Source: an uncultured Candidatus Binatia bacterium (GTDB lineage Bacteria; Desulfobacterota; Binatia; UBA9968; JAJDTQ01). From it: DNA of 64,000 bases. Of this stretch, positions 54,199 through 64,000 are shown one piece after another. A program made the translations under genes and the position numbers. The notes beneath the pieces were generated by a model. The model had not been told where the DNA came from, made no database searches, and was given only the letters and a program-made list of their open reading frames with translations. Numbering within the stretch: position 1 is the stretch's first letter; each line of letters begins with the position of its first letter. The stretch is from the NCBI GenBank assembly GCA_965242525.1, contig OZ251459.1, forward strand, positions 2,816,001 to 2,880,000, in the 5' to 3' direction.

Positions 54199-55173
54199 TC
54201 AACGCAGGGCGGGCATGACCTCCCGGGCGAAGAGGTCCAGGGACGCCATGGACGCCCGGCGGGAGATCCCCGGAACCGAGAAGCGGCAGATGAGGTGGGT
54301 GAGTCCGAGCTCCTGCCGGAAGCGCGCGATCTCCCGGACGCAGGCGTCCGGGTCGCCCAGGATGATGCGGTCCTCGGCCAGCCGTTCGATGGTGAGGTCT
54401 CCGGCGGGCCGCTTGACCACGGGGTGCGGCCAGCGGAAGTACATGTCCTCGTAAGCCCGGACGAAGGACGCGCCCGCGGCGGAACGCGCCTCCCCGGTGG
54501 TGTCGGCCACGAACACGTAGCGGAACGCCGCGACCTCGCCCGGTTCCTTGCCCATCTCCGCGCGCGCACGGCGGTACGACGCAGCGCAACTCGACAGCTC
54601 CGCCAGCGCCGCGGACGGCCCGCCCAGCCAGGCGTCGCCGAGGCGCGCGGCCCGCTCGATGGCGGGCGCGGTCCAGGCGCCGAACCAGATGGGCGGGGCC
54701 GGACGCTGCACGGGCCGCGGCCCCACGGTGGCGTCCTCCACGCGGTAATGCCGTCCGTGATGGGTGACGCGGGTCTCGGTCCACAGACGCCGCACAAGGG
54801 CGGCCGCCTCGTCGAGCCGGCTGCCGCGCTGTTTCACCGACAACCCGAAGGCCGCGAACTCCTCGGGGGCGTAACCGGCGCCCACCCCGAGGATGAGGCG
54901 GCCGCCGGAGATCATGTCCACCATGGCCCCTTCCTCGGCCACGCTCACGGGATGGTAGAGCGGCAGCAGCAGCACGCCCGTTCCCAGCGCCACGCGCCGG
55001 GTGCGGGCGGCGACGGCGGCAAGTCCGACGAGCGGCGCGGGATAGAGGACGGGGTTGTTGTGGTGCTCGCCCAGCCAGACCGAATCGAACCCCGCGGCTT
55101 CCGCCCGCTCGCATTCCAGGATGGTCTCCTCGAAGCTCTCCGTGCCCTGCAAGGGGCTCAGTCCCAGTTTCAT
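54199..55173 (-). CDS. LLM-class flavin-dependent oxidoreductase
   Basis: WLGEHH, SGGRLILGVGAGY, PRPVQ. Confidence 0.92.
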   Translation of the reverse strand: MKLGLSPLQGTESFEETILECERAEAAGFDSVWLGEHHNNPVLYPAPLVGLAAVAARTRRVALGTGVLLLPLYHPVSVAEEGAMVDMISGGRLILGVGAGYAPEEFAAFGLSVKQRGSRLDEAAALVRRLWTETRVTHHGRHYRVEDATVGPRPVQRPAPPIWFGAWTAPAIERAARLGDAWLGGPSAALAELSSCAASYRRARAEMGKEPGEVAAFRYVFVADTTGEARSAAGASFVRAYEDMYFRWPHPVVKRPAGDLTIERLAEDRIILGDPDACVREIARFRQELGLTHLICRFSVPGISRRASMASLDLFAREVMPALR

Positions 55174-55341
55174 GTCACGGTCCATCCCCTGCCGCGGCCC
55201 CGGAGCCCGGCCCACGGTACCCGGCGGTCCGGCCAAGCGCACACCGTACCCGGCGCGCCCCGGAATCGCGGCTCACGGCTGTCCGCGGCCAATCGAAGCC
55301 GGTCGTCGTCGATGGCGGAGTATTTCGTCCCGGCCCCGGAA

Positions 55342-55857
55342 TCACGGCTGTCCGCGGCCAACCGTCTCCACGTAGCGCCGCAGCACATACAAGCCGTCCG
55401 GCGTGAACGGCCGGGCGGCCGCCTGCTCCAGGACCTCGTCGATGGCCATGAAGGCGCCGCTCTCCACTTCCTCTTCCTGCAGCGTGACCGGGCCGTCGTA
55501 CACGCACCGGTAGGCCGCGCCCCAGACCCGGTTGTGGGCGTCCGCGTAGTAGAACTCGAACAGGTCCCGGAGCGGGACGCCGCGAATGCCCATCTCCTCC
55601 TCCAACTCGCGCAGGGCTCCCTCCATGAAGGTCTCGCCGGCGAGCACCACGCCGCCGGCCGCAGGGTCGTAGTATCCGGGGAACACGTCCTTGGTGCGGG
55701 TGCGCTTCTGCACGAAGACCCGGCCGCGGGAATCGAACACCAGGACGTAGGTAGCGCGGTGCGGCAGCCGCCGCGCGCGCATCTCCCGTCGGGCCGCAGA
55801 GCCCACCACGCGGTTGCGCTCGTCCACGATGGCCACGATCTCGTCGGCCGGGTCCAC
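55342..55857 (-). CDS. NUDIX hydrolase (YfcD/IDI-like)
   Basis: HRATY, GGVVLAGE...ALRELEEEMG, FTPD. Confidence 0.9.
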   Translation of the reverse strand: MDPADEIVAIVDERNRVVGSAARREMRARRLPHRATYVLVFDSRGRVFVQKRTRTKDVFPGYYDPAAGGVVLAGETFMEGALRELEEEMGIRGVPLRDLFEFYYADAHNRVWGAAYRCVYDGPVTLQEEEVESGAFMAIDEVLEQAAARPFTPDGLYVLRRYVETVGRGQP

Positions 55858-55989
55858 GTGCGCCAAGTTACTGGCCCGGCCGACGGGTGTCAACCCGCGG
55901 AGCGCGGCGGACGGCCCGATGCCCGCCGGGAAACGTCTGGACAACCGAGACATGGGGAGGCATGTTTGGCGTCGCGGACGCCCCACTCC

Positions 55990-56091
55990 GTCATTCCCGC
56001 GAAAGCATGTCCTCGCGGAAGCGGGGGCGGGAATCCACTTTTCTCGACTTCGTTGTCAAAATGGATGGATTCCCGCTTTCGCGGGAATGAC
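55990..56091. repeat. dRS3/REP-like inverted-repeat element, second copy
   Basis: Left arm matches 4432-4478 and right arm matches 4548-4572; spacer differs. Confidence 0.85.
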
Positions 56092-56180
56092 GGAGTAGGC
56101 GTCTGCGGAGCAACGACGGCGTGGTCCCTGTCGCTCCCCTCTCCCTCCTGTCTTGCCCGCACGAAATCCGGAAGCGCCGG

Positions 56181-57041
56181 TCAGAACAACGTCAGCACGA
56201 CGCCTCCGGCACAGATCAGCACCGCGCCCAGGACCGCCTTGGACGTGACGCGCTCCTGGCCCTTCAGCAGGAGGTGGGTGAAAGTCACCGAGAACAGCGG
56301 CGTGGTGGCGATCAGCGGGTCCACCAGCACCACGTCTCCGAGACTCAGCGACGTCATGTACGAAGTGATGCCGCAGCTCGTCACCACCCCCGACAGTCCG
56401 AACCAGAGCAGCGTGCCCCGGTTGACCGCCACGTCGCGGTAGCCCCGGCCCGCGGCCAGGTAGAGGACCAGGCCGCCGAGACTCCCGATCAACGTCAGGC
56501 AGACGGCCAGGGGCACCGAGGTCAACAGCAGATAGCCGTACTTGCGGATGGGGCTGGCAATGCCTCCCAGGACCGCAGCGCCCACCGCGAACAGCAGGTC
56601 GCGCTTGCGGAAGTCCGTGAGCGCCTGCCGGTCGCGCATTCCCAGGACCGTGGCCCCCAGGATGATCATGACCGTGCCGCTGGCCACCGCCACGGTCCAC
56701 TGCTCGCCGAGCCACATCACCGCCAGTAGGCCGGCGAACAACGGCGAGATGTTCCGCAGCGGCGACGCCCGGGCCACGCCCACGCGGGAGATGGCCGCGT
56801 AGAACAGGAACTGGGTGGTGAGCGGCGCCACCGCCCCGGCCAGCGTGAACCATCCGAAGGCCGGCAGCGTCGTCTGCTCCCACGCCGCCTGCGGCCCCAT
56901 GACCGACAGCAGCACCGCGGCCATGGTGGCGATGTTGAAGGTGATGGCGGTGGTGGGCGACCCGGTGCGCAGTCCGTAACGCACCAGGATGTGGGCCAGG
57001 CCGAAGCAGAAGGCGGCTCCCAAAGCGGTCAGTATCGCCAT
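56181..57041 (-). CDS. EamA/DMT family transporter
   Basis: Multiple TM segments; resembles 14248-15123. Confidence 0.88.
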   Translation of the reverse strand: MAILTALGAAFCFGLAHILVRYGLRTGSPTTAITFNIATMAAVLLSVMGPQAAWEQTTLPAFGWFTLAGAVAPLTTQFLFYAAISRVGVARASPLRNISPLFAGLLAVMWLGEQWTVAVASGTVMIILGATVLGMRDRQALTDFRKRDLLFAVGAAVLGGIASPIRKYGYLLLTSVPLAVCLTLIGSLGGLVLYLAAGRGYRDVAVNRGTLLWFGLSGVVTSCGITSYMTSLSLGDVVLVDPLIATTPLFSVTFTHLLLKGQERVTSKAVLGAVLICAGGVVLTLF

Positions 57042-57136
57042 GTACGGGCTCGATCCACGACGCCCCCGGGAGACGCGGCGCTCCGGGCGGGACGCGGCGG
57101 CAAGCGGGACCGGGAGGCCGTGTGAGACCGCGACCA

Positions 57137-57279
57137 GGAACGTCTCGTCAATTCCGGCTTGGACTCCCTCTCCCTGTGGGAAAGCGCGTCCTTCGACTTC
57201 GCTACGCTACGCTCAGGACGAACGGAGGACTCCGCTTCGCTACAACCAGGATGAACGGGGGTGATCGTTCAGGGTTTCC
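57137..57279. mobile_element. MITE copy
   Basis: acca-GGAACGTCTCGTCAAT...ATCGTTCAGGGTTTCC-acta. Confidence 0.82.
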
Positions 57280-57374
57280 ACTATACAATACCCGCCCGGG
57301 ATAGGCTAATGTGTCCCCGCGGACCCGGGCCGACGCGGCCCCGCCGCAAGTCCCGCGGGGAAGGAGAACAAGGC

Positions 57375-58370
57375 ATGACCTACGACGACCGCAGCGTCAA
57401 ACCCATGAGCTCGAGCCTGTTGCGCGCGCAGATCGGGACCAAGCTCCTGGCCGGCCTCTACGACACGGTTCCCACGCTCATGACCAGCGCCGTCCGGCTC
57501 TCGGTGGAGCTGCCCGGCGCTGCCGCCCCCTCCGCGGGCCCGCCCTTCGCCTTCCACATGGCCATCAGCCCCGCCTGGTGCAGCGGGGTCCGGGGCGCCC
57601 GCCTGGTGGGCCGGGGCAAGATCGACATCGGCTGGCTCAACCCCTCGGTCATCGCCTCCATGGCGTTCCACGGGCGCGGCCCCTTCCGCCGACCGCTGCC
57701 GTTGCGCGCCCTGGCAGTGTTCCCCTCCAACGACCGGCTGGTGGTGGCGGTGGCCCGCAAGTTCGGCGTCCGCTCCATGGACGAGCTCCGGCGCCAACGG
57801 CCCGCCCTCCGGGTCTCGGTGGCGGACAACGACTGCGTGAACTTCGCCATCAACGCGGCGCTGCGAGCCCACGGCATGAGCCTCGAGACCTTCGAGGAGT
57901 GGGGCGGCGTGGTGGAGCCGGTGGTGCGGCCCAGCAACCCGCGGCGCCTGGAAGGGATCGCCTCCGGCCGCGTGGACGCGGTCATCGACGAAGGGCTGCC
58001 GTCCTGGGCCAAGGCCGCGGTGGAGCAGGAAATGGCGTTCCTGCACTTCTCCGACAAGGCCCTGTCACGGCTCGACCGCTACGGCTTCAGCCGGGCGCCC
58101 CTGGACGGCCCGCTGTTCGACGGCAAGCTGGGCGAGCCGGTGACCGCGGTGGACTACAGCGGCTGGCCCATCGTCACCCACGCCGACCTGCCGGAAGAGC
58201 TGGCCTACCACATCGTCCAGGTCGTCGAGCAGATGCGCGAGAACGTCTCCTACGACACGCCCGGGGTACCGCCCATGACGCAGTTCTGCACGGACACTCC
58301 GGACGGGCCGCTGGACCTGCCCCTGCACCCCGGCGCCGAGCGCTACTACCGGGAGAAGGGCTACCTGTGA
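57375..58370 (+). CDS. TAXI/NMT1-like binding-protein-fold protein without a signal peptide
   Basis: LRALAVFP, LPLHPGAERYYRE; AAGGAG RBS. Confidence 0.8.
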   Translation: MTYDDRSVKPMSSSLLRAQIGTKLLAGLYDTVPTLMTSAVRLSVELPGAAAPSAGPPFAFHMAISPAWCSGVRGARLVGRGKIDIGWLNPSVIASMAFHGRGPFRRPLPLRALAVFPSNDRLVVAVARKFGVRSMDELRRQRPALRVSVADNDCVNFAINAALRAHGMSLETFEEWGGVVEPVVRPSNPRRLEGIASGRVDAVIDEGLPSWAKAAVEQEMAFLHFSDKALSRLDRYGFSRAPLDGPLFDGKLGEPVTAVDYSGWPIVTHADLPEELAYHIVQVVEQMRENVSYDTPGVPPMTQFCTDTPDGPLDLPLHPGAERYYREKGYL

Positions 58371-58396
58371 CGCGCTTCCCGATCCGTGCGCCTTGC

Positions 58397-58594
58397 GGAA
58401 CCTCTGGACAATCGAGACATCCGGGACGGATTCCCCCACCCTGACCGCCTATCCCCGTTCGTCCTGAGCGCAGCGAAGCGAATGCCTCCGCTCGTCCTGG
58501 TCGTAGCGTAGCGGAATCCTCCGTTCGTCCTGAGCGTAGCGAAGCGGAGTCGAAGGACGCGCTCATGCCCCTGTCCAGATCGTTCGGGGGCTCC
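58397..58594. mobile_element. MITE copy with three core units
   Basis: ttgc-GGAACCTCTGGACAAT...ATCGTTCGGGGGCTCC-ttac. Confidence 0.82.
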
Positions 58595-60310
58595 TTACGC
58601 CGAGCAGATGACGTTGATCACGGCCTGGCGCTGCTCCACCTGCACCGCCTTGAGGCCGCGCTCCAGCGCGGGCATGAGGTCGGCCGGGTCCTCCACCCGC
58701 TCGCCGTAGCCGTCGGCCACCTCCACCGCCTTCTCGTACTTGTCCACGCCGTCGAGCATGGTGATGGGCGGGTGGTCGCTCCGGGCCGCGTGTCCGTCCG
58801 GGTTGAGCCCCACGGTGGCCCGGCGCACGGCTTGCCAGCGCCGGTTGTTGAAGATGACGGTGAGGACGGGAAGCTGCTGCTCGGCGCCCACGTAGTGGCT
58901 GGCGATGGGGTTGCCGAACATGTAGGAGCCGTCGCCGTGGGTGCCGATGACCAGCCGGTCGCGGGCCGCGAGCTTGGCCCCCAGGGCGACCCCGAGGCCG
59001 TGGCCCAGGCCCGAAGCGGCGCCGGCGTTCAGGAGCGTGCCCGGCCGGGTGACGTCCAGGTGGGAGGACGCGAGCGGCGACTCTTTCACCACGATGGCGT
59101 CGTCGCCCTTGAGCCGGTTGATGCAATGGGTGACCCACACGGGATGCAGCGGCTTGTCGTCCTTCACCTGCTCGAGCTTCGCGGCCCAGCCGTCGCGCTG
59201 CCGCCGCCACATGTCCGCCAGGGTCTGCCGGCGCCGGTCGATCTTCGTGCGCACCCGCGCCTCGTGGGCAGCCAGGGCCTCGCCCAGGACCGTGAGACCC
59301 GCGTCGGTGGCGCAGGCGAGGGCGATGTCGCAGGGGTGGCCGCGCAGCGGCACGTAGCTGTGCAGCGGGTCCGCGCCCATGTGGATCACCTTGGCGTCGT
59401 CGCGCACCTCGTCGGTGGCGGGCAGCCACGGCACCGCCACGTCGACGGCCAGGATCACGTCCGCCTGCCCCAGCAGGGGCTGCAGGTCGTACCCCAGGTT
59501 CATGGGATGGTCGGTGGGCAGCGACATGTAGCGGTTGCGGTACTGCACCACGGGGATGGCGCCGCGCTCGGCCAGTTCGGCCAGAGGCCGCCACACCCGC
59601 GGGTTGCGCCCGGCCCAGTTGGTGATGATGAGCGGGTGCTCGGCATCGGCCAGCAGCGCCGCGGCATGGTCCGCGGCCCCGGCGTTAGGGTAGGGGGGCG
59701 CCGAGGCGCGCTGGCGCCCGGGCGACTCGTAGGTGAACTCGTCCATGCGCTCGGCCAGCACCTCCCGGGGCAGGCTCAGATAGACGGGTCCGGTGGGCTC
59801 GCTTTTGGCCACCGCCAGGGCCCGATCGACGATGGTCTCGGTCTGCTTGCCGTTCCGCAGCTCGTAGTCCCACTTGGCCGCCTCGCGCACCATGGCCGCC
59901 TGGTCGAACATCTCCTGGGTCCAGTGGATGTCCAGGCTCCGGTGCCCGGCCAGGCCCTCCTCGTTGGTGGGGGTCCGGCCCGCGGTGAACAGCACGGGGA
60001 TGTTGCCCCGCGCGGCGTTCAGGAACCCGTTCATGCCGTTGGCGGTGCCCACGTTGACGTGCACCATCACCGCCTGGGGCTTGCCCGTCACCAGGTAGTA
60101 GCCGATGGCCATGTGCAGGGCGGTGTTCTCGTGGGGGCAGGTGACCGCCTGGGGCACCCGCGTCTCCAGGTTCTGGGCCTTGGCCAGGGCCTCCACGATG
60201 GGCGCGAAGTCCGTGCCCGCGTTGGCAAAGAAATAATCCACGCCGCGGTCCGCCAAAAGCGCCAGGTAGGCGTCCGCCACGGTCACGTTCAACAGGGTCG
60301 TCTTGGCCAT
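58595..60310 (-). CDS. TPP-requiring enzyme (acetolactate synthase/decarboxylase family)
   Basis: HE, GPVYLSLP, GDGSY...NN. Confidence 0.92.
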   Translation of the reverse strand: MAKTTLLNVTVADAYLALLADRGVDYFFANAGTDFAPIVEALAKAQNLETRVPQAVTCPHENTALHMAIGYYLVTGKPQAVMVHVNVGTANGMNGFLNAARGNIPVLFTAGRTPTNEEGLAGHRSLDIHWTQEMFDQAAMVREAAKWDYELRNGKQTETIVDRALAVAKSEPTGPVYLSLPREVLAERMDEFTYESPGRQRASAPPYPNAGAADHAAALLADAEHPLIITNWAGRNPRVWRPLAELAERGAIPVVQYRNRYMSLPTDHPMNLGYDLQPLLGQADVILAVDVAVPWLPATDEVRDDAKVIHMGADPLHSYVPLRGHPCDIALACATDAGLTVLGEALAAHEARVRTKIDRRRQTLADMWRRQRDGWAAKLEQVKDDKPLHPVWVTHCINRLKGDDAIVVKESPLASSHLDVTRPGTLLNAGAASGLGHGLGVALGAKLAARDRLVIGTHGDGSYMFGNPIASHYVGAEQQLPVLTVIFNNRRWQAVRRATVGLNPDGHAARSDHPPITMLDGVDKYEKAVEVADGYGERVEDPADLMPALERGLKAVQVEQRQAVINVICSA

Positions 60311-60588
60311 CTCTCTCCCTTCTTCGTCCAGGGTCCCCTGCTCGTCCAGGGGCTCGGGCGTCGCCTCCCGGTCCGCGGGGCGCCGCCCGCGGCTATTCCT
60401 ATACGACCCGGAAGGCCGCGGTCAACATTCGGCCTCCGCGGTGCTATCATGCCGTTCGCCGCGGGAGAAGATCCGGCGAGGGCGGCGCATCATCGAGTAC
60501 GAGGGCGAGGGGGTTCCCTCCGGCGAGACGAGGTGGTGAAGACGGCCAACGGCGGCAGGGAGTGACGCCGGCGGTTTCCCGTTCCTCC

Positions 60589-62145
60589 ATGCCCATGCCC
60601 CATCCATTCACCGAGCGGGACCGGGAGCAGCTCCGGGAGCGGGGCATCTCGCCCGAGCAGGCCGCGGGTCACTTGGCGGCGTTCGCCGCGGGCGCGCCCC
60701 ATGCTGTGCTGGACCGTCCCTGCACCCGGAACGACGGCATCACGGTGCTCCGGGAAAGCGAACTGGACCGACTGGGCCGGATCGGGGACGAGGCCGCCCG
60801 GGCCGAAAGGCTCCTCAAGTTCGTGCCGGCATCGGGCGCGGCCACACGGATGTTCCAGGAACTCGCCGCGGCCAGGGACCGCCCCCCGGACTTGATGGCG
60901 AGGGTGGCGGAGCTGGAGGGTCTGCCGGAATACCCCGTCCTCCGGGAGTTCATGGACCAAATCGAGCGGTTCGCCTTCCACTCCGACCTGGAGCGGGAGC
61001 TCCGACGCCGCGGCCACCGGCTTCGGGACCTGCGTGACGCGGGGCGGTTCCGGGAAATCCTGGACTGCCTCCTGGACGAGCGAGGACTCGGCTACGGCGC
61101 GCTTCCCAAGGCGGTGGTCCCGTTCCACCGCTACCCCGACCACTGCCGCACGCCGGTGGCCGAGCACTTGGCCCAAGCCCGGTCCTGCGTCCGGGACCGG
61201 AACGGGGGGGTGCGCGTCCATTTCACGGTGTCGCCGGAGCACCGGAGCGCGGTGGAGCGGCACGTAGCCGAGACCTGCCGCGGCTACGAGGACGACGCCA
61301 CCCGTTACGACCTAGCGACGTCGGAGCAGCGGCCCGACACCGACACCCTGGCCGCGGGACCGGACAACCTGCCCTTCCGGCGTCCGGACGGAAGCCTGTT
61401 GCTCCGGCCCGGCGGCCACGGCGCCCTGCTGGCCAACCTGAACGACCTGGCGGCCGACCTGGTGTTCATCCAGAACATCGACAACGTCACCGTGCGTCCC
61501 GCCGCCGCCATCCGCTACCGCAAGGCCCTGGCCGGCTGCCTGGTCGAGACCCAGGCGCGCGCGTTCGAGTACCTGGACGGGCTCCGCCCCGAGGCGGCGC
61601 CGTCGTTCCTGGACGACGTGCTCGACTTCGTCCGCGCCGTTCTGTCGGTGGTCCCGCCCGAAGGCCTGGAGGACGCGCCCCCGGCGGAGCGCGTGCATTT
61701 CCTGCGGGAGACCCTGGACCGTCCCCTCCGGGTCTGCGGGGTGACGCCGTCCGCGGGCGAGCCCGGGGGCGGCCCCTTCTGGGTGAGGGGCGACGACGGC
61801 GCGTGCTCGCTCCAGATCGTCGAGTCCGCGCAGGTGGATATGGCGCAGCCCCGGCAGAGGGAGGCCTTCGCCGCATCCACCCACTTCAACCCCGTGGACA
61901 TGGTGTGCGGCGTCCGGGATCGCCGCGGCAGGCCCTTCGACCTGGCGCGCTTCGCCGACCCGGCCCTCGTGTCCATCTCCTTCAAGTCCGGCTACGGGCG
62001 CAGGCTCAAGGCGCTGGAACTCCCCGGACTCTGGAACGGCGCCATGGCGCGGTGGAACACCCTGTTCGTGGAGATCCCGGGCGAATGCTTCGCCCCGGTG
62101 AAGACCGTGCTGGACCTGCTGCGGCCGGAGCACCAGGGGTCGTGA
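60589..62145 (+). CDS. DUF4301 family protein
   Basis: KFVPASGAATRMF, RPGGHGALL, NIDNV, GEPGGGPFW, THFNPVD, GLWNGAMA. Confidence 0.88.
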   Translation: MPMPHPFTERDREQLRERGISPEQAAGHLAAFAAGAPHAVLDRPCTRNDGITVLRESELDRLGRIGDEAARAERLLKFVPASGAATRMFQELAAARDRPPDLMARVAELEGLPEYPVLREFMDQIERFAFHSDLERELRRRGHRLRDLRDAGRFREILDCLLDERGLGYGALPKAVVPFHRYPDHCRTPVAEHLAQARSCVRDRNGGVRVHFTVSPEHRSAVERHVAETCRGYEDDATRYDLATSEQRPDTDTLAAGPDNLPFRRPDGSLLLRPGGHGALLANLNDLAADLVFIQNIDNVTVRPAAAIRYRKALAGCLVETQARAFEYLDGLRPEAAPSFLDDVLDFVRAVLSVVPPEGLEDAPPAERVHFLRETLDRPLRVCGVTPSAGEPGGGPFWVRGDDGACSLQIVESAQVDMAQPRQREAFAASTHFNPVDMVCGVRDRRGRPFDLARFADPALVSISFKSGYGRRLKALELPGLWNGAMARWNTLFVEIPGECFAPVKTVLDLLRPEHQGS

Positions 62146-62410
62146 ACCCGCCCCGCACGCGGTGGACCCGTCCCGCGGTTTGAAATGGCGGCCGTGCAAG
62201 TCTATAGTTCGGAAGCGTCCGGACCGGGCGGACCTCCCCGGCGTAAGGGTCGGCTGATGCAGTTGCCGTCCGGCCCGGGCGGTCCCCGGGCGGGCCGCCC
62301 TTTCGGAGGGATTCGGAGCCGCGTGCGCGGGGAGAGCGGAGGACGACGTCATGTGGGTCTTTGGAACGCGGTTCCGGCGGCGCAACGCCGGCGAGGAGAA
62401 GAGGAAGGAC

Positions 62411-63508
62411 ATGTCCAGCGCCAATCGGGAGTCGGTTCTCGCAGCCTTGAAGACCGTGCAGGATCCGGAGCTGCACAAGGACATCGTGACCCTTGGCATG
62501 GTGAAGGACCTGGAGGTGGCGGACGGCAAAGTGTCGCTGACGGTGGAGCTGACCACGCCGGCGTGCCCCCTCAAGGACAGGATCAAGGGCGACGTGGAGC
62601 AGGCCCTGGCGCCCCTCGGCGTGTCGGAACTCGCCCTGGACTTCGGCGCCCAGGTGCGCGGCAGCAAGACTGGCGCGGGGACCACCGACCTCTTGCCGAG
62701 CGTCAAGAACATCGTGCTGGTGGCGTCCGGCAAGGGCGGGGTGGGCAAATCGACGGTGGCGGCCAACCTGGCGGTGGCCCTCGGGATGCACGGCGCCGCG
62801 GTGGGGCTGCTGGACGCGGACATCTACGGCCCGTCCGCGCCCATACTCATGGGGGTCACCGAGGAGCCGGCCAAGGTCCCCGTGGGCGACGGTTTCAAGC
62901 TCGCGCCTCCGGTGGCCCACGGTATCCCGGTCATGTCCATCGGCTTCTTCCTGGAGCCGGACCAGGCGGTGATCTGGCGCGGACCCATGCTGGGGAAGGC
63001 GCTGCAGCAACTCATGGGCGACGTGCACTGGGGCGAGCTGGACTACCTGGTGGTGGACATGCCTCCGGGCACCGGCGACGTGCAGATCACGTTCTCCCAG
63101 CAACTCAAGTGCAGCGGCGCCCTGCTGGTGGCCACGCCCCAGGACGTGGCCCTGGCGGACGTGGTGCGGGCCAAGTCCATGTTCGACAAGGTCCATATCC
63201 CCATCGTCGGCATGGTCGAGAACATGAGCTACTTCGTGTGCGACGGCTGCGGGAAGCAGCACGAGGTCTTTTCCCGGGGCGGCGCCCGGCGGGCCGCTGA
63301 GAGGTTCGGGATGCCGTTCCTGGGCGAGGTCCCCATGGTGTCGAAGGTGCGCGAGTGGGGCGACAAGGGGGTCCCCATCGTGGCGCAGGAGCCCGGTTCC
63401 GAGACCGCGGAAGCGTTCCTCGACGTGGCCGCGCGGCTGGCGGGCCAACTCTCCGTCGCTTCCGCGGCCACCGACCAGGCGCCCGCCTTGAGGATCGTGA
63501 CGAGTTGA
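62411..63508 (+). CDS. mrp: Mrp/ApbC Fe-S carrier ATPase with N-terminal DUF59
   Basis: DPEL...LTTPACP, GKGGVGKST, DADIYGPS, WRGPM, DMPPGTGD, ENMS...CDGC. Confidence 0.95.
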   Translation: MSSANRESVLAALKTVQDPELHKDIVTLGMVKDLEVADGKVSLTVELTTPACPLKDRIKGDVEQALAPLGVSELALDFGAQVRGSKTGAGTTDLLPSVKNIVLVASGKGGVGKSTVAANLAVALGMHGAAVGLLDADIYGPSAPILMGVTEEPAKVPVGDGFKLAPPVAHGIPVMSIGFFLEPDQAVIWRGPMLGKALQQLMGDVHWGELDYLVVDMPPGTGDVQITFSQQLKCSGALLVATPQDVALADVVRAKSMFDKVHIPIVGMVENMSYFVCDGCGKQHEVFSRGGARRAAERFGMPFLGEVPMVSKVREWGDKGVPIVAQEPGSETAEAFLDVAARLAGQLSVASAATDQAPALRIVTS

Positions 63509-63551
63509 CCGGGCGCCGGCGCCAAGCGGGAACGACCCTCCGCAACACCCC

Positions 63552-63860
63552 ATGGCCGTCCCCGTAGAGATCAACCACGTCAAGGCCCGGGGCGTCGTCC
63601 GCATCACCTGGAACGACGGGCACACGGGGGAGTACACGAAGGAGTACCTGAGGGGCTACTGCCCCTGCGCCCTGTGCCAGGGGCACGGCGCCTCGGTGGA
63701 GAAGCGTTTCGTGGAGGCGCCCGGGGTGGAACTCGACGCCATCGAGCCGGTGGGCAACTACGCGGTGGAGTTCCGCTGGAGCGACGGCCACGCCACCGGG
63801 ATCTACACTTTCGACTACCTGCGCTCGCTGTGCCCGTGCAGCGAGTGCGGGAAGGGTTGA
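63552..63860 (+). CDS. DUF971 / GBBH-N-like protein
   Basis: LRGYCPCALC, VGNYA, WSDGHATGIY. Confidence 0.92.
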   Translation: MAVPVEINHVKARGVVRITWNDGHTGEYTKEYLRGYCPCALCQGHGASVEKRFVEAPGVELDAIEPVGNYAVEFRWSDGHATGIYTFDYLRSLCPCSECGKG

Positions 63861-63873
63861 ACAGGAGGAGAAA

Positions 63874-64000
63874 ATGGTTACCAGGGAACAGGTCTTCGAG
63901 GCATTGCAGGACTGCTATGACCCCGAGATCCCGGTGAACATCGTGGACCTGGGGCTGGTGTACGAGGTGGAGGTCGAGGACGACGCCGTGGCGGTCAAGA
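63874..64000 (+). CDS. DUF59/SufT-like metal-sulfur cluster protein (partial)
   Basis: AGGAGG RBS; MVTREQVFEALQDCYDPEIPVNIVDLGLVY; runs off the window. Confidence 0.9.
   Translation, partial: MVTREQVFEALQDCYDPEIPVNIVDLGLVYEVEVEDDAVAVK

Overview
GC-rich bacterial chromosomal window with no rRNA, tRNA or CRISPR array. The gene content suggests a Deltaproteobacteria/Binatota-like organism (inference only). It carries core genes (rsmB-fmt-def, priA, pilM-pilN-pilO/P, an ICDH-family gene, mrp-DUF971-DUF59) and many catabolic and transport genes. There are three toxin-antitoxin-like modules, a single-chain restriction-modification gene and an EndoQ-UvrD fusion. Signals the ORF track does not show: (1) about 20 copies of a MITE with 16-bp terminal inverted repeats (TIRs), 4-bp target-site duplications (TSDs) and a REP-like core; one copy rewrote the C-terminus of an E1-beta gene and one appears to supply the ribosome-binding site of def. 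(2) A three-gene, lower-GC operon (unknown protein, N-terminally extended Xre/MbcA antitoxin, RES toxin) behind a perfect 19-bp palindrome. (3) A tandem duplication of an SGNH gene with poly-C tracts, C17 in frame and C25 out of frame. (4) A DsbA/FrnE-type gene with an in-frame UGA in its CxxC motif and a SECIS-like hairpin. (5) A tandem array of small membrane-anchored coiled-coil genes differing in heptad number. All product calls come from motifs recognised by eye; no database search was run.
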